From assembly GCA_027364875.1 (NCBI GenBank), contig DAHXON010000009.1, positions 913 to 64,912 of the forward strand: DNA of 64,000 bases, written 5' to 3'. Source of the stretch: Chloroflexota bacterium. GTDB lineage: Bacteria > Chloroflexota > Limnocylindria > Limnocylindrales > CSP1-4. Under the pieces are notes generated by a model. The model saw only the letters and a program-made list of their open reading frames with translations. It was not told the DNA's origin and did no database searches. Position 1 is the first letter of the stretch, and each line of letters begins with the position of its first letter. The position numbers were made by a program, and so were the translations under genes. Positions 16,968-26,289 of the stretch are shown here, piece by piece.

Positions 16968-19895
16968 ATGCCAGACTTCAACCCCCGCCTGAGCCCCGCC
17001 TCCCCGCCCAGCGGTCAGCCGCCTCGCAAACGGTCCACGAGTCGCGGCAAAGCGGCCGAGGACGGCGGAAAGCCGCCGGTGCCGACCGATGCGCTGCCGG
17101 CCGCCGGCACGGCGCCTGCCGCCGGTGCCACGGCCGCCCCGGCCGTCGCCGAAGCTCGCGCCGCGGGGATCCAGGCGCCCGTCTCGATCAACCCGCTGGC
17201 GCCCGCGTCCGCTTCGTTCGAACGGTCCCGCAGCGGAGCCGACCACCCCGAGCTGAACCTCCGCTACCTCCGGCCGGCGCCCGACCAGAAGGAGACGTGG
17301 AACCGCCAGGCCGCCCTGGTGGACAGTCGCCCCGACGACAAGGCTCCGGTGGACACGGTCTTCCCGCTCGACGAGTCGCACGCGGAGAAGCTGATCACGA
17401 CCCAGGCGCCCCAGCGGCCGATCGCCACGCCCGCCTTCCAGGTCCAGATCGATGGCCGCGTGCTGCCCGCTTTCGAGGGCCAGACGATCCTGGAGGTCTG
17501 CAGGGCCAACGGCATCGAAGTCCCGACGCTCTGCTACGAGCCCAAGCTACCCGGGTTCGGGGCCTGCCGGATGTGCGTCGTCGAGGTGGAGGGCGAGGAG
17601 CATCCGCCCATCTCGTGCTCCCGCACCGCCGAGCCGGGCATGGTGGTCCAGACCCAGACCGAGAAGGTCCGCCGCCTCCGCCGCACGAACCTGGAGCTGA
17701 TCTTCTCGGATCACAACGCCTACTGCCTGCCGCCCTGCCAGAACAAGTGCCCGAGCCACATCGACATCCCGGGCTTCCTCAAGGCCAACGCCGAGGGCAA
17801 CTTCCGCGAGTCGGCGCGCATCTTCAAGCGGACCATTCCGTTCCCTTCGATCCTGGGCCGCGTCTGCCCGGCGCCGTGCGAGGAGCACTGCCGCCGCGAC
17901 GAGGTGGACGAAGCGATCGCCATCCGAGACAGCCACCGCTACCACGGCGACGTCGTCCTGCGCGAGCAGAAGGAAGGAATCGCCCCGCCGCTGCCGTTCG
18001 AAATGGAGCCCAAGAGCGGCAAGCGGGTGGCGGTGGTCGGGTCGGGGCCGGCCGGCATGTCGGCGGCCTACTACCTGCTCATGTCCGGCCACGACGTGAC
18101 GGTCATCGAAAAGGATCCGGAGCCGGGCGGAATGCTCCGCTACGGCATCCCCGAGTACCGCCTGCCCAAGGCCGACGTTCTCGACCCCGAATACGAGGCC
18201 GTCTGGCGCCTGGGCGGCCGGCTCGAGTGCAACAAGATGCTGGGCCGAGATTTCTGCCTCGAGGATCTCGAGAAGGAAGGCTACGACGCCACGGTTGTCG
18301 CTCTCGGCTGCTACACGACGAACAAGCTCGGCGTCGAGAACGAAACCGCCGACGGCGTCATCGACGGGCTCGAATACCTGCGGACGGCCACGCTCGGCCT
18401 GCCGTATCCGGGCCACAAGGGCAGCCGGGTGGTGGTCGTTGGCGGCGGTTTCACCGCGATGGACTGCAGCCGCACGTCGGTTCGCCAGGGCGCAAAGGAA
18501 ATCACGCTCGTCTACCGGCGCGACATGAAGGACATGCCCGCCGAGAGCGAGGCCCACGAGGCCCTCGAAGAGGGCGTCAAGATGATCTTCGAGGCCGGGC
18601 CGACGCGCGTCGTGGTCGACGGCAACAACAAGGTCACGGGCATCGAGTTCATCCGCATGCAGCCGGGCGAACCGGACGCGTCGGGCCGGCGACGCCCCGA
18701 ACCGGTGAAGGGCAGCGAGTTCGTCATCGAGTGCGACCGTGTCCTCCTCGCCATCGGCCAGACGCCGGACCTCTCCTGGATCGGCTCCGGGGACGAGGGC
18801 GTGGAGGGCAATCGCGGCCGGCTCAAGGCCGACGCCGTGACCTTCGAGACGGGCCGTCCGGGCGTCTTCGGCACCGGCGACATCCGGATCGGGTCCGCCA
18901 CCGTCGTCCAGGCGGTCGCCGAAGGCCGCCGCTGCGCCTATGCGGTGGACGCGTACCTGAAGGGCAACGACCTCTCGGAGCTGCGCGAGCGCCAGACCCT
19001 CGCCGAGGTCCAGCCGACGTTCCTCTCGATCGTGCCGTTCACGGACGAGCCCAAGGAAGCGCGCCACCGGCTCCGGGCCCTCCCGGCGAAGGAGCGGCGC
19101 AAGAACTACGACGAGTACGAGATCCCGTACACCGCCGCGGAGGTCATGGCCGAATCCACCCGCTGCCTGCAGTGCACCTGCGAGGCGGTGGGCTTCTGCG
19201 ACCTGCGCCGTCTGGGCATCGAGTACGGCACCACCCTGGCCAACCTGGAACCGGCCCACGACCAGGGCGCCGGGTTCCGGAGCGTCACGGAGAACCGCTT
19301 CACCGGCACGAACCACGACTACATCCGCGACGACAGCCACGCCTTCATCCTGCGCGAGCCGTCCCGCTGCATCGACTGCGGGCGCTGCGCCAACGTCTGC
19401 GCGGAGGTCGTCGGGGCCGCCTGCTACGACTTCATGCGAACCGGCTTCGACACCCTGGTCACGACGCCGCTGGACATGAGCCTCAACGACACTCCGTGCG
19501 TCTCCTGCGGTCGATGCGCCGAGACCTGCCCCACGGGCGCGCTGATGCCCAAGCCGCGGGTTCTCGAGAAGTACGACGTGGACGAGAGCCGCTGCATCCT
19601 GTGCGGCATCTGCGTGGACGCCTGCCCGTACGACGCGCTCCGAGACGGCCAGGACAGCGAGCTGTCGCATACGTCTCGCGCCAACCCGGAGATCGACCTG
19701 ATCGCCATCGCCGATGTGGAGCGGGAAACCGAGGTCACCTACATTCAGCGAGAGCGAGACTGGATCGCCCGAGCCACGGCCGAAGGCCGGCTCCAGGTGC
19801 CCAATTACGACCTGCCCGAGCTTCCGGCGTCGCTGGTCTCGGCGGGCTCGAACGGCAACCGGGGCGGCGGCGGCCGGGGCGGCAAGAAGCCATGA
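16968..19895 (+). CDS. NuoG-N-terminal-like Fe-S protein with embedded GltD-type FAD/NAD(P)H oxidoreductase module and a C-terminal NuoI-C-half-like 4Fe-4S motif; no molybdopterin-type domain
   Basis: 975 aa, ATG 8 nt after the nuoF-like stop. 2Fe-2S domain (FQVQIDGR..CRANGIEVPTLCYEPKLPGFGACRMCVVEV..ISC). GltD signature (CLPPCQNKCP..GRVCPAPCEEHC, VAVVGSGPAGMSAAYYL, GGMLRYGIPEYRLPK, VVVVGGGFTAMDCSRT, GVFGTGD). Then CLQCTCEAVGFCDL, CIDCGRCANVC..CVSCGRCAETCP, then RCILCGICVDACPYDAL. Confidence 0.85.
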   Translation: MPDFNPRLSPASPPSGQPPRKRSTSRGKAAEDGGKPPVPTDALPAAGTAPAAGATAAPAVAEARAAGIQAPVSINPLAPASASFERSRSGADHPELNLRYLRPAPDQKETWNRQAALVDSRPDDKAPVDTVFPLDESHAEKLITTQAPQRPIATPAFQVQIDGRVLPAFEGQTILEVCRANGIEVPTLCYEPKLPGFGACRMCVVEVEGEEHPPISCSRTAEPGMVVQTQTEKVRRLRRTNLELIFSDHNAYCLPPCQNKCPSHIDIPGFLKANAEGNFRESARIFKRTIPFPSILGRVCPAPCEEHCRRDEVDEAIAIRDSHRYHGDVVLREQKEGIAPPLPFEMEPKSGKRVAVVGSGPAGMSAAYYLLMSGHDVTVIEKDPEPGGMLRYGIPEYRLPKADVLDPEYEAVWRLGGRLECNKMLGRDFCLEDLEKEGYDATVVALGCYTTNKLGVENETADGVIDGLEYLRTATLGLPYPGHKGSRVVVVGGGFTAMDCSRTSVRQGAKEITLVYRRDMKDMPAESEAHEALEEGVKMIFEAGPTRVVVDGNNKVTGIEFIRMQPGEPDASGRRRPEPVKGSEFVIECDRVLLAIGQTPDLSWIGSGDEGVEGNRGRLKADAVTFETGRPGVFGTGDIRIGSATVVQAVAEGRRCAYAVDAYLKGNDLSELRERQTLAEVQPTFLSIVPFTDEPKEARHRLRALPAKERRKNYDEYEIPYTAAEVMAESTRCLQCTCEAVGFCDLRRLGIEYGTTLANLEPAHDQGAGFRSVTENRFTGTNHDYIRDDSHAFILREPSRCIDCGRCANVCAEVVGAACYDFMRTGFDTLVTTPLDMSLNDTPCVSCGRCAETCPTGALMPKPRVLEKYDVDESRCILCGICVDACPYDALRDGQDSELSHTSRANPEIDLIAIADVERETEVTYIQRERDWIARATAEGRLQVPNYDLPELPASLVSAGSNGNRGGGGRGGKKP

Positions 19896-19947
19896 TCAGG
19901 AAGCCCGGGGCCGGCTTGCCGGCGCAGCAGGAGGAGGGAAGCGAGCC

Positions 19948-20496
19948 ATGCCGGTAGGCGACTCGATCCCGTTCACGTCGATCCGCTGGGAGGATCTGCT
20001 GTTCCTGGGCCTCTCGGCGATGCTGCTCGGATCGGCCATACTGGTGGTAACGCTTCGCGACATCATCCGCTGCGGCATCGCGCTGATGGCGTCCTTCGCC
20101 GCTCTCGCGGGCATCTACCTCCTGCTCGGCAACCCCATCGTCGCGGCGACGCAGGTGCTCGTCTACATCGGCGCGATCAGCGTCCTGATCCTGTTCGCGG
20201 TCATGCTGACCCAGACCAAGAACGCTCCCGGGCGGCTGGTCTTCCAGACTCAGGCCTGGGCCGCGGCCGTGGCGGCGGTCGTGGTCGCGGTGATTATCAT
20301 CGCGGCGATTCTCGCCACGACCTGGCCGGCCACGATCGAGCCGGTCGCGACCGCGACGTCGAAGGTCGGCCAGCTGCTCTTCCACGACTACGTCCTGCCG
20401 TTCGAAGTGGTCAGCGTGATGCTGACGATGGCCGTGGTGGGCGCCGTGTATCTGGCCCGCCGCGAGCCCGACACCCGGGAGGAGGACCAGCTGTGA
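19948..20496 (+). CDS. nuoJ: NADH-quinone oxidoreductase subunit J
   Basis: 182 aa from the ATG at 19948 preceded by GGAGGAGGGA; VLVYIGAISVLILFAVML, LPFEVVSVMLTMAVVGAV. Confidence 0.88.
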   Translation: MPVGDSIPFTSIRWEDLLFLGLSAMLLGSAILVVTLRDIIRCGIALMASFAALAGIYLLLGNPIVAATQVLVYIGAISVLILFAVMLTQTKNAPGRLVFQTQAWAAAVAAVVVAVIIIAAILATTWPATIEPVATATSKVGQLLFHDYVLPFEVVSVMLTMAVVGAVYLARREPDTREEDQL

Positions 20497-20804
20497 GCCA
20501 CTCCCTCGACGCCTATCTGATCCTCTCGGCGCTGCTCTTTGCCATAGGAACGTTCGGGTTCCTGGCGCGGCGGAACGCGATCAGCATGCTCATGTCCATC
20601 GAGCTGATGATCAACGCGGTCAATCTGACGATCGTCGCCTTCGGCGCGTTCGTGGCCAGGCTGCAGCTCCACGCCGCGGTCATCGCCCTGCTGGTCATCG
20701 CGGTCGCGGCCGCGGAAGCCACGGTGGGCCTCGGCATCATCATGGCGATCTTCCGGAATCGGAAGACTCCACTCGTGGACGAGTACGACTCCATGAGGCA
20801 GTAG
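20493..20804 (+). CDS. nuoK: NADH-quinone oxidoreductase subunit K
   Basis: 103 aa; GTGA overlap with nuoJ; LMSIELMINAVNL, AAAEATVGLGIIMAIFRN. Confidence 0.93.
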   Translation: MSHSLDAYLILSALLFAIGTFGFLARRNAISMLMSIELMINAVNLTIVAFGAFVARLQLHAAVIALLVIAVAAAEATVGLGIIMAIFRNRKTPLVDEYDSMRQ

Positions 20805-20808
20805 CGCG

Positions 20809-22764
20809 ATGACACTGCTCATTCCGCTGATTCCACTGCTGCCGCTGATCGGCTTTGTTCTCACCGGGCTGTTCGGGCGGGCCTTCCCGAATGAGATCCA
20901 CCGGGTAGCCGTCGGCTCGGTCGTGATCTCGTGGCTCATCGCCATGGTTGTGGTCGTGGGCGCGCTGGCGCACATCGGCATCGATGCGAGCGGAGCGGGG
21001 GTCAAGCTCTGGACCTGGATCCCGGCGCTGGGCTTCACCGCGGACTTCGGCCTCTTCGTGGATCCGCTGACCGCCTGCCTCCTGATCGTGGTCACGACGA
21101 TCGGCATGCTCGTCCACTTCTACTCGATCGGCTACATGGCCCACGACCGGGGCCGCTGGCGGTTCTTCGCGTACCTCAACCTCTTCATGTTCTCGATGCT
21201 GCTGCTCGTGCTGGCGAACGACTTCCTGCTCGTCTTCGCCGGCTGGGAGCTGGTCGGCCTGTGCAGCTACCTGCTGATCGGCTTCTGGTACAAGCGGCCG
21301 GTCGCGGCAACCGCGGCCAAGAAAGCCTTCCTGGTCAACCGGGTCGGCGACATGGGCTTCGCGCTCGGGATCATGGCCATCTGGACGCAGCTCGGCACCC
21401 TCAACATGCAGGAGGTCTTCGCCCGCTTCAGCTCCGTCCCGGGCGAGTGGCAGGTCGCGATCGCGCTCCTGATCTTCTGCGGCGCCGTCGGCAAGAGCGC
21501 CCAGTTCCCGCTCCACGTCTGGCTGCCGGACGCGATGGAGGGCCCCACCCCGGTCTCCGCCCTGATCCATGCCGCCACCATGGTCAACGCCGGCGTCTAT
21601 CTGATCGCCCGCTGCAACCCGATCTTCGGGGCGGTGCCGGGCGTGATGGTCGTCGTGGCCGCGATCGGCATCTTCACCGCAATCCTGGCCGCCTCGATCG
21701 CCTTCACCCAGACCGACATCAAGCGCGTCCTGGCCTACTCCACGCTCAGCCAGCTCGGCTACATGTTCGCCTCGCTCGGCGTGGGGGCCTGGACGGCGGC
21801 GATCTTCCACCTGATGAGCCACGGCTTCTTCAAGGGCCTGCTGTTCCTGGACTCGGGCTCCGTGATCCACGGCATGAGCGACGAGCAAGACATGCGCAAG
21901 ATGGGCGGCCTGGCGAAGAAGATGCCGACGACGTACTGGACGATGCTCGTCGGCGCGGTCGCGATCTCCGGGGTACCGCCGCTGGCGGGCTTCTTCTCCA
22001 AGGACGAAGTCCTGGCCGGAGCCTTCAAGGACGGCTTCCTGTGGGTCTGGGCGGTCGGCTTCCTGGTCGCGGGGATGACCGCGTTCTACATGTTCCGGCT
22101 CATGGGCATGACCTTCTGGGGCCCGAGCCATGTCGATCCCGAGGTGGAGCACCACATCCACGAGTCGCCGCCGTCGATGACGCGGCCGCTGATCCTGCTC
22201 GCCATCCCGTCGATCTTCCTGGGCATGCTGATCGGCTTCCCGCCGGACAGCGGCCTCATCCACCAGTGGCTCGCGCCGGTCTTCGAGGCCACGATCGCCG
22301 CCCACGGCCCGAGCGAGGCCGCCTACTCGCTGTTCGGCATCGACGGGGCCCTGATGATCGCGACAACGGCGCTCGTCGCCGTCGCAATCGTCGTGGCCTG
22401 GCGCCTCTTCGGCGTCTCGATCCCATCGCTCAACCTCCACGCCGAGCCGCGCCCGGATCGCGTCCGCGAGCTCGCCGAGCGGCCCGGTCTGGCGGAGCTC
22501 TACACGGGCTCCTCGCACAAGTGGTGGTTCGACGACATCAACGACTTCCTGTTCGTCCGCTGGGGCAGCCGCCTGGCGGCCGCGGTCTGGTGGTTCGATC
22601 GGGTGGTCGTGGACGGCACGGTGAACGGCGTGGGGGCCGTGACCGTTGAGGCGGGAACGCTCCTGCGGCGGGTCCAGACGGGGCGCGTCCAGAACTACGC
22701 CCTCGGCATCGCGATCGGTCTCATCGCGATGGCGGCGGGCTATCTATTCATCTCGGTTCGGTAG
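20809..22764 (+). CDS. nuoL: NADH-quinone oxidoreductase subunit L
   Basis: 651 aa; WELVGLCSYLLIGFW, GKSAQFPLHVWLPDAMEGPTPVSALIHAATMV, C-terminal lateral-helix region. Confidence 0.95.
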   Translation: MTLLIPLIPLLPLIGFVLTGLFGRAFPNEIHRVAVGSVVISWLIAMVVVVGALAHIGIDASGAGVKLWTWIPALGFTADFGLFVDPLTACLLIVVTTIGMLVHFYSIGYMAHDRGRWRFFAYLNLFMFSMLLLVLANDFLLVFAGWELVGLCSYLLIGFWYKRPVAATAAKKAFLVNRVGDMGFALGIMAIWTQLGTLNMQEVFARFSSVPGEWQVAIALLIFCGAVGKSAQFPLHVWLPDAMEGPTPVSALIHAATMVNAGVYLIARCNPIFGAVPGVMVVVAAIGIFTAILAASIAFTQTDIKRVLAYSTLSQLGYMFASLGVGAWTAAIFHLMSHGFFKGLLFLDSGSVIHGMSDEQDMRKMGGLAKKMPTTYWTMLVGAVAISGVPPLAGFFSKDEVLAGAFKDGFLWVWAVGFLVAGMTAFYMFRLMGMTFWGPSHVDPEVEHHIHESPPSMTRPLILLAIPSIFLGMLIGFPPDSGLIHQWLAPVFEATIAAHGPSEAAYSLFGIDGALMIATTALVAVAIVVAWRLFGVSIPSLNLHAEPRPDRVRELAERPGLAELYTGSSHKWWFDDINDFLFVRWGSRLAAAVWWFDRVVVDGTVNGVGAVTVEAGTLLRRVQTGRVQNYALGIAIGLIAMAAGYLFISVR

Positions 22765-22776
22765 GAGGAAGACGAC

Positions 22777-24360
22777 ATGAACGACTTCCCGCTGCTGAGC
22801 CTGATCACCTTCACGCCACTGGTCGGGGCCGTCGTAATCGGCCTGCTGCCGGATCGCCGCGACGACCTGGTTCGACGGACGGCCCTGGGCTTCGCGCTTC
22901 TCGCCTGGGTCTTCTCGATCCTGCTGGTTCTCGTGTTCGCGTTCGGAACAGCGCCGGACCCGGCCAGCGCGTCAGGGGCCACCAGAGAACACGTCGGTGC
23001 CGTCACGGGCAGCGCCTTGACTTCGTTCCGTTTCGTCGAGGCCGCCGACTGGATCCCGAACTTCGGCATCCAGTACAAAGTCGGCGCCGACGGGCTGAGC
23101 GTCTTGATGGTCCTCCTGACCACCACCCTCTCGTGGATCAGCATCCTGGCGTCGGGGCCGATCACGCAGCGCCTCAAGGCCTACATGATCAGCTTCCTCG
23201 TCCTGGAGGTCGGCATGATCGGCGTCTTCGTGGCGATGGACCTCTTCCTGTTCTACATCTACTGGGAGATCGTCCTCGTCCCGATGTACCTGATCATCGG
23301 CATCTGGGGCGGCGCGAACCGCATCTACGCCACGATGAAGTTCGTGCTGTATACGCTCGTCGGCTCGCTGCTGATGCTGGTGGCGATACTGGCGACGGCG
23401 TTCAGCTACCAGAGCAGCCACGGCGGCTCGTGGACCGGGGCGTTCGACTACCAGACGCTGGCGGTCTTCGCCCCGAGCTTCTCCCACGAGCTCCAGATCG
23501 GCGCGTTCCTGGCGCTCTTCCTCGCATTCGCGATCAAGGTGCCCATGTGGCCGTTCCACACCTGGCTGCCCGACGCGCACACCGAAGCGCCGACCGCCGG
23601 TTCGGTCATCCTCGCCGGGGTCATGCTGAAGCTCGGCGCGTACGGGCTCATCCGGTTCGCGGTGCCGCTCTTCCCGTGGGCGGCCCACACGTTCGCCTGG
23701 CCGATCATCGTCATGTCGATCATCGCGATCGTCTACGGCGCGATCGTCTCGATCGTCCAGCCCGATCTCAAGCGCCTGGTCGCGTACAGCTCCGTGAGCC
23801 ACATGGGCTTCGTGACGCTGGGCATCTTCGTGTTCAGCCAGGCCGCGCTCCAGGGCGCGATCCTGCAGATGGTCAACCACGGCCTGATCACAGGCGGGCT
23901 CTTCCTGCTCGTGGGCGTGATCTACGAGCGAACCCACGACCGAACGATCGCCAAGATGGGCGGCCTCGCGGCGACCATGCCGATCTGGTCGACGGTCTTC
24001 GGCTTCTTCATCCTCGCCTCGGCCGGCCTTCCCGGCCTGTCCGGATTCATCGGCGAGTTCCTCGTATTCGTCGGCTCGTTCACCGTCGCGCCGGTCATCT
24101 CGGTCGCCTCGATCATCGTCATGGTTCTCGTGGCCACGTACCTGCTCTGGATGTTCCAGCGGCTGGCGTTCGGGGATCTCTCGGAGTTCCTGCGCGGCCT
24201 CGGCGGCCACCTGACGGACATGAGCGGCACCGAAGCGCTGACGCTGCTGCCGCTGGGGATCGGGATCGTGGTCCTCGGCCTGTTCCCGAGTCTGGCGCTG
24301 GATTTCCTGCGCATCCCGACCCAGGTATTCCTTGCGGCCGTGGGAGCCCCGGGCGCATGA
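22777..24360 (+). CDS. nuoM: NADH-quinone oxidoreductase subunit M
   Basis: 527 aa; AGGAGGA upstream of the ATG; FAIKVPMWPFHTWLPDAHTEAPTAGSVILAGVMLKLG. Confidence 0.95.
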   Translation: MNDFPLLSLITFTPLVGAVVIGLLPDRRDDLVRRTALGFALLAWVFSILLVLVFAFGTAPDPASASGATREHVGAVTGSALTSFRFVEAADWIPNFGIQYKVGADGLSVLMVLLTTTLSWISILASGPITQRLKAYMISFLVLEVGMIGVFVAMDLFLFYIYWEIVLVPMYLIIGIWGGANRIYATMKFVLYTLVGSLLMLVAILATAFSYQSSHGGSWTGAFDYQTLAVFAPSFSHELQIGAFLALFLAFAIKVPMWPFHTWLPDAHTEAPTAGSVILAGVMLKLGAYGLIRFAVPLFPWAAHTFAWPIIVMSIIAIVYGAIVSIVQPDLKRLVAYSSVSHMGFVTLGIFVFSQAALQGAILQMVNHGLITGGLFLLVGVIYERTHDRTIAKMGGLAATMPIWSTVFGFFILASAGLPGLSGFIGEFLVFVGSFTVAPVISVASIIVMVLVATYLLWMFQRLAFGDLSEFLRGLGGHLTDMSGTEALTLLPLGIGIVVLGLFPSLALDFLRIPTQVFLAAVGAPGA

Positions 24361-24406
24361 GAGGAGCAACGGCGATGCGGCTGCGGCAACCGAGCGGAGT
24401 GGCCCG

Positions 24407-25867
24407 ATGAGCTGGTCGGATCTGGGGACGATCGCGCCGATCATCGTCGCCGTTCTGGTCGCGGCGGCCATCTTGATCGTCGATATGGCCGCACCCGGCC
24501 GCCGCGACGCGGTTCTGGTCACCGCGCTCGGTGGCCTGGGAGTCGTGGCGGTGGTGATCCTGCTCCAGGCCGGCCGCACCGAAACCGCGTTCGGCGGCGC
24601 CTACTCGCTCGACAACCTGACCGTCTTCCTCGATTTCCTGTTCGTCTCGATCGCCGTGCTGACGATCCTATTCGCGGTGGACTACCTGGAGCCGCGCCAC
24701 CTACCCCTCGCCGAGTTCGCGGCCGTCCTGGTCTTCGCCGTGACCGGGGCGATGCTCATCGCCGCCTCGACGGACCTGCTGCTCCTCTTCCTGGCCCTGG
24801 AGCTGATGGTCCTGCCCGGCTACATGCTCGTCGGTTACGCCCGCCGCGACGCGTACGCGACCGAGGGCGCGATCAAGTACTTCCTGCTCGGCTCGTTCTC
24901 GAGCGCGATCCTGCTGTTCGGCCTCGCCTACGTCTGGGGCCTGACGGGATCCACGCGGGTGGCGGACGTTGCCGCGGCTCTGGCGGCAGACGCGGCGCGC
25001 GGCACGTTCCCCGCCGGACTGGCCATGGGTCTGGCCTTCATGTCGGTCGGAGTGGCCTTCAAGATGGCCGCCGTGCCGTTCCACTACTGGACGCCGGACG
25101 CCTACCAGGGCTCGCCCACCCCGGTGACGGCGTATCTGTCGGTCGGCCCGAAGGTGGGCGCGTTCGCCATCGCCCTGCGGCTATTCGTCGGCGCGCTTGG
25201 CCCCGTCAAAGCCGATTGGCTGCCGGTCGTGATCGTCCTCGCGGCCGTGACGATGACCCTGGGCAACCTGATCGCGATCACCCAGGACAACGTCAAGCGG
25301 ATGCTCGCCTACTCCTCGATCGCCCACACCGGGTACATCCTGGTGGGCCTTGCCGCCTATGCCGGCGGCCAGTCGAGCGGCCTGAGCGCGCTGCTGTTCT
25401 ACGGCGCCGCCTACACGTTCATGAACATGGGAGCCTTCGCGGTAATCGCGGCCTTGCAGCGGCGCCCGGGCGTCTCGAGTCAGATCTCGACCTTCGCCGG
25501 CCTGGGCCGCCGCGACCCGTGGCTCGGCGTGCTGATGGCCGTCTTCCTGCTGTCCCTCACGGGGATTCCGCCACTGGCCGGATTCTGGGCAAAGGCCTAC
25601 GTGATCCTGGCCGCGGTCCAGGGAGGCGGCTGGCTCACGGCCCTGGCGGTCCTGGCGATGGTCAACGCCGCGGCGGCCGCGTTCTACTACCTGCGCGTGG
25701 TCGTCTACATGTACATGCGCGACCCGGCCGAGGAAGGACGGGCGGCCGCTCCGGGGATGCTCTTCCGCGCCGGCCTGGCGGTCAGCTGCGTGGTGACCCT
25801 GATCTTCGGCCTATTCCCGGCGGTCCTGACGGCGGCGGTCAACGCGGCAAACGTCTTCCACGGCTAA
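24407..25867 (+). CDS. nuoN: NADH-quinone oxidoreductase subunit N
   Basis: 486 aa from the ATG at 24407 (ORF opens at 24332, which overlaps nuoM); FKMAAVPFHYWTPDAYQGSPTPVTAYLSVGPK. Confidence 0.9.
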   Translation: MSWSDLGTIAPIIVAVLVAAAILIVDMAAPGRRDAVLVTALGGLGVVAVVILLQAGRTETAFGGAYSLDNLTVFLDFLFVSIAVLTILFAVDYLEPRHLPLAEFAAVLVFAVTGAMLIAASTDLLLLFLALELMVLPGYMLVGYARRDAYATEGAIKYFLLGSFSSAILLFGLAYVWGLTGSTRVADVAAALAADAARGTFPAGLAMGLAFMSVGVAFKMAAVPFHYWTPDAYQGSPTPVTAYLSVGPKVGAFAIALRLFVGALGPVKADWLPVVIVLAAVTMTLGNLIAITQDNVKRMLAYSSIAHTGYILVGLAAYAGGQSSGLSALLFYGAAYTFMNMGAFAVIAALQRRPGVSSQISTFAGLGRRDPWLGVLMAVFLLSLTGIPPLAGFWAKAYVILAAVQGGGWLTALAVLAMVNAAAAAFYYLRVVVYMYMRDPAEEGRAAAPGMLFRAGLAVSCVVTLIFGLFPAVLTAAVNAANVFHG

Positions 25868-25949
25868 ACGGCCCGTTTGCGGGGCAGCGGCGAAGACCGA
25901 CCGAGACCTGCTGCGCATCACGCCCCCTTCGGCTGCGGCGCTCGGTCTC

Positions 25950-26189
25950 TTACTGGTCTCCGAACGGAGCGATCGACTGCGACGGACCGGCGATCTGGAT
26001 CGTCCCCGAGGGCAGTGCCGTGATCACCGGCAGAGGCGTCGGAGTGCTGGTCGGAAGGATGACGGCCGTGGGTCGGGGCGGGATGGCGGGAGTGACGCCC
26101 GGCCAGGCGACGACGACGGCGACGGCCACGAGGAGGGCCGCCAGCACGCCGGCGATGGCGCCCAGGACGAGTGACATGCGGTTGGACAT
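25950..26189 (-). CDS. small N-terminally anchored Pro-rich protein (hypothetical)
   Basis: 79 aa; TM helix [23 protein letters not shown] then a Pro/Thr-rich tail; coding status uncertain. Confidence 0.35.
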   Translation of the reverse strand: MSNRMSLVLGAIAGVLAALLVAVAVVVAWPGVTPAIPPRPTAVILPTSTPTPLPVITALPSGTIQIAGPSQSIAPFGDQ

Positions 26190-26289
26190 GGGCGCAGGGT
26201 ACCAAGGAACGGCCTCTCGCGTCTCGGCCCGTCGCGCACAGGCGGTCCCGGCGAGGTCCGAGTCGCGCCGTCGAGCGCCATGCGGCGGC

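Noticed and set aside
16736-19957. 1073-aa plus-strand ORF and 707-aa minus-strand ORF (17547-19670) across the NuoG/GltD gene
   Set aside because: Alternative-frame and antisense shadows of a strongly motif-supported gene, with Arg/Gly/Pro-dominated translations.
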